A stretch of 58,311 nt of DNA, the filler included, from Sphacelaria rigidula (lineage: Eukaryota): the NCBI GenBank assembly GCA_964200075.2. It is 9 parts of 9 records of this genome, joined end to end, with 100 filler letters (N's around TTAATTAATTAA, not from the genome) between each part and the next. Parts side by side here need not be neighbours in the genome. Positions count along the whole stretch, not along the records: positions 19,472 to 25,861 come from CAXNAA020020364.1; positions 25,962 to 32,351 come from CAXNAA020020365.1; positions 32,452 to 38,841 come from CAXNAA020020366.1; 6 more parts are not named here. One strand, 5' to 3'. Position 1 is the first letter of the stretch, and every line of letters starts with the position of its first letter. Shown one piece after another: positions 23,739 to 37,021 of this stretch. Made by a program: the position numbers and the translations under genes. The notes under the pieces were generated by a model. The model had not been told where the DNA came from. It made no database searches and saw only the letters and a list, made by a program, of their open reading frames with translations.

Positions 23739-23945
23739 ATCGGATACATCTTCGCAGAGCTCCAAAATGGGCACTTCTTTGAGTTCACGGCACGGTCATT
23801 GATCGACAACATTTGCGCAAGGGCTCCGACATGGGCAATTCTTGAATCGTTCACAGCACGGAAATTAATCGGCAAAATATTTGCAAGGGCTCCAAGATGG
23901 GCAGTCCTTGAATCGTTTGCAGCACGGCAATTAATCGACAAGATG
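23739..23945. repeat. Tandem repeat, ~3 units of 63-66 bp
   Basis: ATCG.CAA.AT.T..GCAAGGGCTCC...ATGGGCA.T.CTTGAATCGTT..CAGCACGG.AATTA is repeated. Confidence 0.9.
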
Positions 23946-24027
23946 GCGTCGGCAAGTCTCCCCGCACTCCGGTGTGTTTTCAGAGATCGTGCCGTGCGTG
24001 CAGAAATGCCCAGGGGCAGGGATCGCT

Positions 24028-24071
<44 letters not shown>

Positions 24072-27017
24072 ATTTTTGAAATAATAGTGATAATATTAAT
24101 AATTAGCATTGTTATTATCCTTATTTCCGCACATTAGTCCGATCTCCCGAACCCGTGGTCACAGACGTAGACTCGTCTTCCCAATACCGTCCCTGCTATT
24201 CCTTACAAGACATGAAGCCCTCCATCATTTTTTTGAGACCCCAGACTAATAACAAGAACAAACACAATCAACTGAAGCATAACCAAAATCTCTCTCTGTT
24301 TATATACAATATGTATCTCACCTTTGAACCTTCCCAGGGAAGTCATGAATGTCTTCTTCGCGTGTATGATACCCCTCGTCACGGACATCTGTTGCACTAG
24401 TCGGCTTTGGCCGGTCACCACGGAACCTTCAATCACCTGCAGATCGATACGGCAGAACCAACGCAAATGCACACGTGCAGACATACAAACCACCGAACGT
24501 GAGTCTAAATCTCTACGAAGGTACAAAAAGATGCGAGTGCTACTAGACGGCAGCATTGGTCAATTGGTCGACTGGCTATTCTGATTGTCGTATACTAACT
24601 GATCCTGGATGGACCACCCGTAGTCACAGGATGGACGTACCCGAGGTAGGCAAAACGGAAACATTTCGCTAAAATGGTTAGATTTGATTGGTTGTGGCGC
24701 ATTAACCGAACTCCGAGGGGCATAGTCGTGGTCGTTGTCCACACGATAGGTATACCCAAGGTTAACAAAGCGGAGACGTTCGCTAAAAAGACGAAAATGA
24801 AAACCAATACCGAAAAGATGGAACAAACAGAAGGAGTAAGCTGAGGAAGAAACGAAGAAATGGAGAAACGAAGAAACGAAGAAACAAACGAACAAAACCA
24901 GAACAAAAGACAAAAAAAAAACGAAAACAAGAACCAAAAAAACAAGAAAGCAAAAGACACAAACTCAAGCAGCGAGAGGGGAAAGGAAACGTAGCGGAGA
25001 AGACTCAATGCCAAAAATAAAATAATTACAAGAACAATATGAATATAGAAAGAAGTAATGCTCTAGAAATAGCCGGCCTCTGCGCATGACTTGCGGTATA
25101 AAAAAAAGCCGTCCGCAAAAGAAAGGAAACTCGATACGAGTATGCGACCTTGATGCACGGGTGTACCGGGATCAGCACCGCTTCGACACTGTGCGCAGGC
25201 TTAAGGGCACTGCAAAAATTCTGCTGCATTCATCGCGCGCTTCCCAGCACCATTCGCAGGGGGCTGCACCGAAGCAGTTGAAGTACATTGATCGGGCGCT
25301 ACTGCGCTGTGTGTCCGGATTGGCTTTGTCGATAGCAGATGGGGAATTGAGGGGTCAGCACGCCTCTGTCTTCTTGTCTGTCGTATTGCTTTCTTTACGT
25401 TCTATCCTGGTACTTTTTCTTTTCTTTCATTCTTCTCCTTATTTTTTTGTGATCACGAGGTGGAGTGTTGCAACCAGCTACGTGATGCGAGATAATCATC
25501 TTGTTGTGTTGCTTGTGTTTGTGTTTGTGTTTGTTTGTTGTTATTGCTGTTGGTGGTGGTGGTGGTGATGGCGTTTTGTTGTTATCGCTGCTTCCTTTCT
25601 TCTTTCCTTTCTGAGGCCGTTCCTTCTGCCTTTTCTGTTCCTTACCTTCTTTTTTCCTTTAACAGCCGATTCTCGAAAATGGGGTTGAAAAACAAAATGA
25701 GGTTCAACTCAAAAGCCATGCTTTCCCTGACCTAAATTCAAGACAAATGACGTTCATATGGACCCCCCCATCCCTCCCGACCTCCCTAAAACTATTTCGG
25801 GGGATTTCTAGCCTTCCTTTTACCCAAAGAGTATGCGCGAAAGCACATTTTTGCCTCGCTTNNNNNNNNNNNNNNNNNNNNNNNNNNNNNNNNNNNNNNN
25901 NNNNNTTAATTAATTAANNNNNNNNNNNNNNNNNNNNNNNNNNNNNNNNNNNNNNNNNNNNGTTAGCCGTGGCTGGGTGCACCTAACGAATGCGGTGTAC
26001 AAGCATGTCGATGATGATATCACCAGAGAGAGAAGCAACGACAGAGAGGAAGCTCCTCGCCCGTGTTCTTTGTGTGTCCTCGCTCGGCGATTTCCAATCG
26101 CTCGAGAAACTGGCATCATCGATGTTACTATACCAGCATGTGCCAAATTTTCCATGTGCCAAAACATCGACGTGCGGAGAGAATCCGTCTCTTCTTGCTT
26201 GTCCCCAACGCGAAGATCGATTTCTCTCTGCCTCTCCTTTTGGACAGGACGCGCCTCTGTGCGCTGAAAAACATGTTGAAAAATAAGGCAGTATTCACGT
26301 CACCGCCACTACTGTTCGCTGTCACACACATGCCAGCAAGGGCGGTGCTGCGGCAATAACAGATAGATCCAACTTGAACTTATGGGTGTTATTCATTGTT
26401 GATTTTACTCGACCTCCCCCTAACCGGGTGCCCGAGCAGAAGAGCGTGCCACACGCCAGTTGAGGGGGGTGTATGAGAGACCAAACACTTGTAGAGACCT
26501 TCTTGACATGCGCAGTGAAAAACGATACCTATGGTAGTGATCTAACCGTTGCGAGCGTGGAGCAGAGGGGTGCGTCCATGCTGCAATCTCGAGCACGCGC
26601 TGGCTGCGTAAACACCTCCGTCAGTAGCTTTCGAGAAACAATTCCGATGTGACGAGGTCACGCGTTACCATATGATCCCACAAAGAACAAGGGTGATCTA
26701 TGATCAACCACTTGTCGTTGCATTTGACACCCACGCCATCAACCGCCAACCTCAAAGGTCTTGTGGCTTTCAAGCAACGCTGGTGGCTGTACGGCAGGCA
26801 AACCCGATCATAGGTACCTTTCGTCGCTCTGCTGGACTGATCGGCGTATTTCGCGATCTCTTTGAAAACGAAACAGTTCGCTTTTTTCAACGACACGATC
26901 ATGATTAAAATGACTCCAGCGGTCTTAGGGTAACCCAAACCCTAACCCTTGCAGTGCAATATTATCCCGTATGGTTCTCTCGATGCTAGGAATACGATAC
27001 GCGAAGATATGTTGTTA

Positions 27018-27896
27018 TTAGGGAATTTTGAGAAACGTGTTTCCACATATTAGAGTCAGAATGGAAGGAAGAATAGCCGGTAACGATGCACTTTCCGCCA
27101 TGAAGTAATTTTTAGAGCGATATTTCAAGAGTCAAAGTGCCGTTTGCACCACTTCACTCTAAGAACCGTTGTTCCTCTTCAGAGTTTATAGCGGAATGAA
27201 AAAAAAACACGCCCACCTTCACCACCAGGATCACGTTCAGTCCAAAGTCAATACACACTACCAAGCAAAGTGAGACATTCATCGTTCACCAAAACTGCCA
27301 CACTCATCACAATGGGCCACTCACGAAGTAGAAAAGCTTGGCCTACGCAATCAGAAGACCTCCCTGACGCCGCCATGGTTGTGTTGTGTGAAAATTTATC
27401 GGTGGGTACACGGCGTTGTACTGTCTGTACTACTGTTTGTACAACAACTGACTCTCTGTACGTTATCGCTGTACAGTATAGTTCGCTGCATCGCAATGCA
27501 CTAACAGTTGTAGGATTCTGTATTGCACTCTCCGTACTGCGCTGTACTCCACGCTGCACAGCACTACAGCACTGCAGTGTCCTGTAGTGAGACGTAGTAG
27601 AATGAAGTACTGCAGTTGCAGTGAAAAAGCGTAGTGTACGGTGCGTAGGATGTCACAGCCTACGGTACAGTCAGCATTGTGCCGGCCTACACACTTTCAA
27701 ACTGGTCCTTAGGTCGATCGTACATTCTGCGGAGCAACCTGCCGCCAATCACTGCAACAAAAAAGCATCACGTCAAGCCACGTCACATCAGCTTCTGCTA
27801 TGAACATTTTAACGCCCACTGTGAAGTTTCGAAGCTTCCACTCTGCGCTCTGACTCCATGATAGATAAAATCATCCTCCGAAACTCTCTCTCTATT
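27018..27896. mobile_element. Non-autonomous TIR element (Harbinger-like termini), copy 1 of a tandem pair
   Basis: Aligns over most of its length to 28011-29015. Its right end (CTCTGACTCCA...TCCGAAACTCTCTCTCTATT) is the inverted complement of the left end of copy 2 (AATAGAGAGTTTCGGA...TGGAGTCAGAG). Confidence 0.6.
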
Positions 27897-28010
27897 CGTA
27901 GTTCACGCGGTCCCTCTCTCGCCTGCGCTATTGTTGTGCAGCCGCCATAACTCGCTGTACACCGTTGTTGGTGTCGATGAATGCACGTACTGCTGCTGAT
28001 GAAGTGTTGT

Positions 28011-29015
28011 GAATAGAGAGTTTCGGAAAGCGTTTTCTCAAATCTTGGAGTCAGAGGGGAAGGAAAAATAGCCGGTAACGGTGCACTGCCTGCTATGAAG
28101 ACTTTTTCAGAGCGATTTTTTAAGAGTCAGAGTGCCGTTTGCACCACTTCACTCTGAAAACCGTTGTTCCTCTTCAGAGTTCATAGCAGAATGAAAAAAG
28201 AACCACGCCTACCTTCACCACCATGGTCGCGTCCAGCCCAAAGTCAATGCACCCTACCAAGCAAAGTGGGGCATTCATCACCCATCAAAACTGCCATACC
28301 CATCACAATGGGCCATTCACGAAGTAGGAAAGCTTGGGATCGCAATCAGAAAACCTCCCTGACGCCGCCATGGTATCAGCATTCTTCGGTTGGTTGTGTT
28401 GCGTGAAAATTCTAATGCTCGACGGGCACACGTTGCGTTGCGTGCAGTTCCTCACTCTTGCCAACTTCAGCTGGAAGAAAACGGTGGCAATGATTCGTAG
28501 TCTACATACTACGCTTGGCTGTATTCCCATTCCGTGAAAGATCATGACGTCTTGCACCACCGTTATGGGTGGCATGTGGAAAAACTATCGCAATGCGGCC
28601 GAGGTCTGCTGTTATAAAGTGCTACGTACCGTACTCTCTGTACTACTGTTCGTACAACTGACTCTTTGTGCGGTATCGCTGTACAGTAGTTCTACAGCAC
28701 TGCAGTGTCCTGTAGTGCGCCGTAGTGGATTGGAGTACCGCAGGTGCAGTGAAAAAGCGTAGTGTATGGTGCGTGCGGTGTCGCAGTGTACGGTACAGTC
28801 AGTGTTGTGCCGGCCTATATTATGCACTTTCGAAGTGAACGCTGGTCGATCGTACATTCTGCGGGGCAACCTGCGGCCAGTCACTGCGACAAAAAAAAAT
28901 GGCGTCAAGCCACGTCGGATCAGCTTCCGCTTTGAACTTTTTAACGTGTCCACTGTGAAGTTTCGAAACTTCCGCTCTGCACTCTGGCTCTATGATAATA
29001 ATCAAAAACTCCTTC
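28011..29015. mobile_element. Non-autonomous TIR element, copy 2, with a longer divergent segment at ~28375-28620
   Basis: Shares AATAGCCGGTAACG, GTGCCGTTTGCACCACTTCACTCT, CCTCCCTGACGCCGCCATGGT and GGTCGATCGTACATTCTGCGG with copy 1. Confidence 0.6.
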
Positions 29016-29544
29016 TTACATCGTCTTTTTTTTGGCTGCGGTGGTAAGTGTAGGTTGTGGGTGTGCATTGTCTGTCTGTGTAGTTTAAAGGTCGGCGGGC
29101 ATCTAGATGTTGTCCGTCTTGAACGGCGGGGTGATCCGGAACGTGACAGCTGGACTGTGCACACGAAATTAATCCGCGGGTGACACACACACGATATACA
29201 CCCGAGGTGGCAAAAAGGATGTACTGCTTCGTCGATGGGTGCTCATGTAGTGGAGCGTGTATGCATGAGGGCGTGGCGTTTCCGACTATGGTTGGACGGG
29301 TCAACTTGCGATTCCGCTGCACAGATACACAGTGCTCGCTGCTTGCATCATGGTGTGCACACAAATCATGCCGTGATGCGACATAACTGGCGTTGACGTA
29401 TGCGCCTGACTGACCCGCGCCTGACGGACCCAGCAAATCCCGGACTCGTGGGGACAATGCTTCGGTTAATGCGTGTGTCAGGCGCGTGTGACCGGGAGGT
29501 GTTGAGGTTGTGGGGGTAGAGAAAAGGTGTCCCGTGCTCGCTCG

Positions 29545-29895
29545 GAACGTGCTCGTCGCTGGCGTGATTCTGTCCACACTGACGAGGTTTTGTGTGTGTT
29601 TTTTCTTCCACTCACACTTTGATTTCCTCCCCTTCCTCGGGATGAGTCCGTGATCTCAAGGGATCAATCCATCTCTCCCCCGGTACGCGCCTTTCATTTT
29701 GGTCTCGCGGATTGTGTCAGCACTCCCGCACCGCATCAACTCACGTCATACAAACCCAGTCGACCAATTTGTTTACTCACGTTCTCACGTTTTCCACGGT
29801 GGAAATCATACACTACGAAGAAAAAACCCAACGCATCGGGAATCGAACCCCCGTTCTCTCCGTCCTAATGGCGACGGTTGGACCATTATACGTAC
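29545..29895 (-). mobile_element. tRNA-headed SINE-like element, family 2; other copies at 32452-32580 (-), 38942-39040 (+) and 30350-30520 (+)
   Basis: The head in the 32452 copy reads GCCCCGGTAGTGTAATGG (A-box)...GGGGTTCGATTCCCG (B-box). The body CAATCCGCGA...TTGATCCCTTGAGA.CACGGACTCATCCCGAGGAAGGGGAG recurs in contigs 5 and 7. Confidence 0.72.
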
Positions 29896-31893
29896 TGCAG
29901 GAATCAATTGCTCTGGATGCAAATCATTTTCAGACGGATCACTATTTGTCCGCCCCTTGCATGAACTTGAGCTTTTTTCTGACCGTAACGTGACTTCCGC
30001 CGTTGAACACGTGACAACACTAGGCAGTGTTCTCCTGAGATTGAGAGTAGAGGACACGATTAAGAGGGAGGAGCGGTCAATTAATGAATGAATTGTTTCA
30101 GTTCCGAAATGCCCCTCCACGAGGCCCGATGCGCTTTCTGTAGTAGCTTGCCACCTGAAGCCCTTGGTATCCCCGAGTAGGATAACGACGAGTAGCTGTG
30201 AGCACACGCCAGTGTTACAGGCAAATAAAAGGACACACAGAGTGGCACATTGGTCAAGTTTAAACGAACGATGAAACTCACTCTCGATCGATGCCCATTC
30301 TCAATCTCAACAAATCATTGTTGTTGGTATTGGTTTAATAGCAAGAAGAGTTGGTTCGACTGGGTTCATTTGCCGAGGGTTAACGCGGTGCGGGAGTTCT
30401 GCTAGTCATTATCCAATCCGCGATGCCAAACCACAGGGCCGTGTAGGGTACCGATGGAGAAATGAGTGAATTCCTTGAGACCACGGGCTCATCTCGGGAA
30501 AGGGGAGAAATTGGGAAACCGTGTGACGGAAGAGGAAAATAATGGAGCTTCGGAATCCTTCGCGAAATTCACACGAGGCCTTGTTGAAAATACGTTTTTT
30601 TTCACTTCCATTGAACGTGGGCGTTGGCAGGTTGTTTTGAGCATTAAGACTGAAGTTCGTTGGTCTTTGTGCTATCGCTCGGCCGATTATGAAGAAGCGC
30701 CATCGACTTTTTGTCAAACGGTTACTGGCTGTTGACGATATGTATTTTTTTTTTTTCCACTATGGTGAATTTTTGTTCGTCGATACATTAAGCGTAACCG
30801 TTGGAGTAGAAGGAAACGAATGAATGAAAATACACATAGAGGAGATGTTTTTATTCATTTTCATTTTACGGGTGGAACATTTTCAATGAATGCGGCCGCC
30901 TCTTTGAAATAGAGTGGCCGTTGTTTTTTTATCGGGACAGCTTTTTCTTCTTTCTTTTCTTTCTTTGTTTTTCTTCCTTTTCTTTCCCTTTCAGATTTTT
31001 TGTTCATGTTTTTTTTTCTTTTTCCTCTTCTTCTCCGTCCCTTCTTTTTTTTCTTTTCTTTTTCTCCGTTCCTATCCCTTCGTTTTTTTCATTTGTTCTC
31101 GTTCTGACTCGTGTTTCCTCCCTTCCTTCCTTCCTTCCTTCCTTCCTTCCTTCCTTCCTTCCTTTCTCCCCTTCACTTTACTCTGTTCATTGTTCTCTTT
31201 TTGACTATCGTATTCCATTGATATGCTTGTCCAGTTACGTCGCTCCTTATAACAGACAAGAATAAAAACCTGAAGACATACCTTTTTGAAGCTCTCGCGT
31301 CATTTTACGCCCTGAAAGAGGGCTAGGCGGAGTTCTCCACCGTAGAATGACTTACTCTACTCGTTGAGATGGTCCCTCGACACCTTCCCGTTCCCCGGCG
31401 GCCACAGTATTTTTCTGGCCAAGCAAGAATTTTTGTCCAAGAACAGTAAAAGACAATCAAATGTAGAGAATCGCCATTTTTCGCTGGGCTTGACCGTTTT
31501 TGGACGAAAAATATTGTTTGGCCAAAATGAGATCTGCGGCTACCGGAGAAGGGGAAAATATCCTGGAACCGCCTCAACGAGTAGAACAAGTCATTCCAAG
31601 GTGTCCAACTCCACCTAGCTCTCTTTTGCCGCGTAAAACCACGTGGAAGCTCCAAAAAGGCACGTCTTTCAGATTTCAGTTTTTGTTTGTTATAAGGAGC
31701 GGTCTGAGTGGTTCCATTTTGTTCACCTTGGATACGTCTATCTCGTGGATAATGACCACGGCTAGTTCGACCGTCAACATGAAAAATACCGATTGACAAG
31801 ACCAGGGATCTCTTTCGATTTTTCTTTCCTTTTCGTCTGTTGTCTTATTCGCGTCGGCGGCCGGAACATGAAAATGCGGTCGCCGAGGAGCAG

Positions 31894-32019
31894 GATAAAA
31901 AAGAGAAGGCGAGCAAAACCAAAGAAGAGGAGGAGACAACCAAGCCCAACTTCAACTACTTCGACAAGGGCGGACCTTTTGGCAAGGAAGAGTCGGAATA
32001 TACTGAGCTCGAAACCAAG
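31894..32019 (+). CDS. Isolated putative internal exon, unknown protein
   Basis: A pyrimidine tract precedes cag|GAT...AAG|gtatga. The 126 nt are stop-free and read DKKEKASKTKEEEETTKPNFNYFDKGGPFGKEESEYTELETK. Confidence 0.4.
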
Positions 32020-32609
32020 GTATGATGCAGCTATCCTCACATACATGACATTTGTATGGGAGAAGATCCTGTCACAGAGGGTGTTTTAAACAGCGCATGC
32101 CTGATTTGTTCTCAGCCAATCTTACCATGAGACGTTTACAACGCATTTTTGATTTTCTATTCTGATATGTCGTACCGGCACCTGCATCGCGCAGACGGTT
32201 CATGATTTGTAGCCTGTCCAACGCGTTTTGGAGAACTGTGTCGGAGGGGGGTGGGCGTACACATCTGTTGCTTGTTGTCGGGTGTACTCATGATCATGCA
32301 TGCCATAGTCATCAGACCATTGACCTCGCATTCCTACAAAGCCGGGAAGGANNNNNNNNNNNNNNNNNNNNNNNNNNNNNNNNNNNNNNNNNNNNTTAAT
32401 TAATTAANNNNNNNNNNNNNNNNNNNNNNNNNNNNNNNNNNNNNNNNNNNNCTCACGTTCTCACGCTTTCCACGGAGGAAATCATACATTACGAAGAAAA
32501 AACCAAACGCAGCATCGGGAATCGAACCCCCGTTCTCTCCACCCTAATGGCGACAGTCGGACCATTACACTACCGGGGCGCGGCGGCATCTATACCTGTA
32601 TTGTCGAAT

Positions 32610-35600
32610 TTGATGATTTGATTTTTGATTGTCGCGCTTCAACTGATCCCCTCGGGGTCCAGCCGTGGTCTCATGATAGACGTACCCAAGAAAAACGAAA
32701 CTCAAACACGCTCTAAGGAAGAGCAAAAAAAGGAACAAAAACAGAAACAATAGGAACAGAAAAAGAAAAAAAGAGGTTGGTCGAACAGAACGACATATCA
32801 GACTAGGTCGTGACAAAAAAAGTAAAAAAAGTCAACACAAGCAACGCACAGAAAGAAATGGCCGACCTAAAGCAAGAAAAAAGGAAAACAAGAGGAAAGT
32901 ACAAAGCAAATAAAATAAAATAAAATAAAAAACAATGAAACAATGGGGAAAAAGAGAAAAAAAGAAAAGAAAAAAAGAAAAAGAAAAAGAAAAAAGGGCC
33001 TAAGGGATTCGTGGCAGCAGAGTAGATACAGACATACACCAGTGGGCCCGCGGAGCCACCGACTAAGGACATAATCAACAACCGATATGAGAGGACAGGA
33101 TTTTCCGACTGGCAGCCCTCGACGTAGCAGCCTCTCGCTTGTGACGTCGGCCCGATTCTCACTTGTCCGCCCGTCGCCATGTGTCCTCAAACTCTTCTGC
33201 CACGTTTTCGACTCCAATATGCCATTTGCCCAGGCCACAGTGACCCAATCGTATGCATCGTGGACCTCTACACCGCAGACGAACCACTTTCGTCGGGCTC
33301 CTTTGTGCGGGACAGCCCCTAGCGCACGTAGGTTCTCCTTCAGGGTATCCTCCCATTGCTCGAGGGGGCGGCCGACCTCCTTGGGTCCTCGTGTGGAGAG
33401 CCGAGCGTTCATGACATGCTTGGGGAGGCATGTGTCCCTCTGTCGGACAAGGGCTCCCGCGAAGCAGAGTTGACGTTTGCGGATAGTCGTCTCGATACGT
33501 TCGCCGTTGGTCATCTCGAGCACCGCTCTGTACGAAAGAATCTTGTAATCATTTCGATCGTTCCTGCGGAATCCAACCACTTGCAGCAAGACCTTGTGAT
33601 GGGCAGTGCGCAGGCTGTCGAAGTCCTCAGAACGTACCGTCCATGTGGCACACCCATACAACAGAGCGTCCACCACCTCCGCTTTAAGCAGTCAAACTTT
33701 CAAGGATAGCTCGGCGTTGGGTCGGTCGTAGAGTTGGGAGCTATATTTTCGGATACGCGCCCACGCCGCGTTGATACGGCGGTTGATTTCGGTGGAAATT
33801 TTCGCATCCGCGCTGATAGCTCCACCAAGGTAGATGAACTTCCTCGTCTGCTTATACCGTTAACCGGCAGCTCTGATATCTAGAGCGGCCTCCCTGGAAC
33901 TGGGTACTGACCAAAAGCGCATGGACTCTTTCTTGGCCTCGGAGACCATCAGGCCAAATTCCTGGCAGGTCATCACTATCATGGCCATCATTCGAGCAAG
34001 GCCTTCTGAGGTCTTCGAGGCTATGCCGGCGTCGTCCGCATGAAGCATTGCCCACACCGCGCGTCACACCTTTTCCAGTGGTGTCTCTTCCAATGGTTCA
34101 CCACCGACACCTTGTGGCGTATCATCTAGAAAGACCAAGTCTGAGACGATAAGTGGGTCCGCCGCCAACCGTTGGACGATCACTTCCACCAAGCCTGCTC
34201 CGAAAATGTTGAACAACAGTGGAGACGAAACGCAACCTTGTCTGAGTCCCTGGCAGACGTCGAACTACGCTGATAGTTCGCCACTATCTAGCTGTACTCG
34301 AGGTCGCATGCCGTCGTGAAACATACGGATGATCTTGATCATTCGCGACGGGACTTCGAACCGAGCAAGCAATTCCCACAGGAGCGCGCGGTCTACAGAA
34401 TCGTAGGTTTTCTGCAGATCGATAAAGCACATGGTTATTGGGATGTTGCTCGCCCGTCCCAACTCCTGGAGTCGGCGTACTACGAACATCATGTCTATGG
34501 TCGATCTTTGGCGCCTAAATCCACACTGCTCTTCCGGGAAGACATTTGTCTCCTCACAAAAATCACCAAGCCTGTTTGCTACGATTTTGAGGAGAACTTT
34601 AGCAGTCTGTGCCACAAGTGAAATGCCTCTGTAGTTACTACGCTGGGTCCTATCTTGTTCTTTGTGTAGTACTTTGATGGTGACATCTTTCCATTCTTGC
34701 GGTACCTCGCCAGATGTCCAAACCGCAGAGACGATGTCGTAGAAATGGTACAAAATGGCCGACGCCTCCCCGTTGAGTCCAAGCTTCAAAATTTCAGCAG
34801 GAATATCATCCGGACCAGTTGCTTTGTTGTTCGACATCATAGCTCTCAGAGCCTCCACAGTTTCGCTCGGGCTTGGTGAGTCTCCTAGTGACAACGCTAT
34901 TGGTCGTTGAGCAATCTTCTCGATAGTTGCCGATGTGGCGTTCAGCAATGTAGAAAGGTAGCGTTCCCATCTCCCACTGATCAAATCTCTGTCCCGCAGT
35001 AAATTGCCGTCCTCATCTCGAATGTATTGCTCGCTCTAGATTGGTCGTCCAGACAGTCTCCACCCTCCGTTGAGATGTCTGTACCATCCTCTCATGTCCC
35101 CCGCTCGGCTATGCTCCCCTAGTTCTCTAGCATACACACCCATATATTTGTCAACCCGAGCTTGGATCACTTTTTTCATTTTTTTGCACGCTGTCCGCAA
35201 TGTGCGCCATGCGATTTTATCTCGAGATGACCCCAGTCTCACCGTTGATCTCACCCTTTCTCTCTCCATCCAAGCGATTTCGAAGTCCGCTTTCATTTCA
35301 GCATCCTCGAACCACCCCGGTATACGTGACTTTCGGGTCAGACGGGGTACCACTTTTTCAGCGGCACTCAAGAGTACGTCGGCAGAGTTCGTAGCCAGGG
35401 AGCTGACTGTATCACTAGGTATACTCTGTTCGAGCTCGCTGATGATGAGCTTGGTGAGCTGCTCACGTCTGACGGGGTCAGATACTATTGCCCGTCGGTC
35501 GATCGGTGTACGCCCAGTTGGGATTCGTCTAGGTTCGTTGTGTGCGAAGCGACCAAGGAGCCGTACTGAGGTGCAAACGATGTTGTGGTCAGAGTCCGGC

Positions 35601-36045
35601 GAGGTGGGGGGTTGAAGGTGGGCGGCGACATTGCGGCCGAGCCTGCGGTGATCTTGCCGTGTGATGATGTAGTCAATGCGTTTTCTATCCGCGGGGCGAC
35701 TTGCAACACCGTTGAACGTACGCGAGGTGTTTCCCTTGGGGGTGAAAAAAAACGTGTTGACCAGCGAAAGCTTGTTGTCGCCTGCAAATTGTACTAGAGA
35801 ATTGCCGTTACCGTCGTTGGACCGGGAATCTCGATCGTAAGCTCCTACACTTTTACGTTCCTCCTCGCCTGTTCGTCGTCCAGTCCTCGCGTTAGCGTCC
35901 ATTCAAATAAACAGATGATGCTTGTGGGGGATACCGTTCACAACGCCGTCTAACTCAGCCCAGAACACATCTCTCCCTTCACTTAACTGTGGAGTGCCTG
36001 TTGGCGCGTGTGCAACGACAAACGTGGCAGCATTTGATTTACCGA
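32610..36045 (-). mobile_element. Decayed RTE-clade LINE (APE endonuclease + reverse transcriptase), 5'-truncated within the APE domain
   Basis: APE motifs are VVAHAPT, MDANARTG, RIDYI and SDH. RT motifs are NYRGISL, EEQCGFRRQRSTIDM, FIDLQKTYDSVDR, GLRQGCVSSPLLFN and MLHADDAG. The C-terminal region has LLYGCATW. In-frame stops (35036, 34265) and frameshifts are present. A T-rich 3' UTR ends in an AATC-like tail. Confidence 0.95.
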
Positions 36046-37021
36046 ATTTTTCACGAAATGGTTTGCACAGCCCACTGTGACAAAATCTACGTCAAACAAA
36101 GTTTCACGTGGACCTTTACGAGGAAGAGAACCTCATGTGTACACAGAGCAGCTGCAAAATCGCTACAGTAATCGTATAATCCGCCAATAATGTCGCTCAT
36201 GAGGCACCTGATGATGCTGTAAGAAAAAAGCTGGAGTGCGCCGCAATTGTTTGTTTCATGACAGTTTTGGGGGCTGATGTAGGGGTCACCTGTCGCAGAA
36301 TGACTGTGTGTGCGCGTTGTCATCCCATCTATTAACAAGCACATATCGTCTTCACATCAGCCCTTTTGTGCAGACCCGCGTCCGAACGACAAAGCCGAGG
36401 GCAGAGAAATCTCCTCGATTTTGTACTGTTGACGCACAGGCGGGCCGTGGGTGGCGAAGGCATTGCTCAAGTACGCACATACTGGCGAAGAAATGAGAAG
36501 AATAAGGCTTTCTTGAGGAGCTTTCCTCACTACCGACACAAAGCAAGATCCCGGTAATTCAGTACCCTAGTAAAGGGCAAACTGGCGGGGGTCGGCAAGC
36601 ACAGATTTTTGCTCACGAAGTTTTGTTCAGCGGCCAATCTCGAAACCTCGGAGCCAAGAACATCTGAAAAGCAGACTAGGCTCCTCTCTGTGGGATGATG
36701 CAAAGTGTCAGAGACGTGTGCAGCTGTCTGTTGCGTCCCCGTCCGTACTTCAGCTATAGCCGGGTGCTGGGATTGAAGAAGACACACAAAGCGGACGCGT
36801 GCACGTTGGGGCGAACAAACTGAGTCAGCACGGTGCTGCTCTATCCCAAGCGTTTGATGACAGGAGCTGCCTGCCTTGATGTCCCATGTAATAGTTCTTC
36901 CCGCCATTTCAGACGGGTGCAAGGGCTGAATCTTCTACTCGGTGCGAGGGTCTATGTGTAAGAAAAGATCGTGGGACCTCTGTTGTTGAGTTGATTCCCT
37001 TGTTGATACGTTTATATTATA

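Noticed and set aside
30914..31265. Phe/Leu/Ser-rich membrane-protein-like ORFs (also 24560-25014 and the tail of ORF 32867..33676)
   Set aside because: They are T-rich low-complexity tracts resembling LINE 3' UTRs, with no coding signal.
32500..32580. tRNA genes here, at 18355-18428 and at 29835-29895
   Set aside because: A/B boxes are present, but acceptor and anticodon stems do not close and each head continues into a multi-copy body. They are SINE heads.
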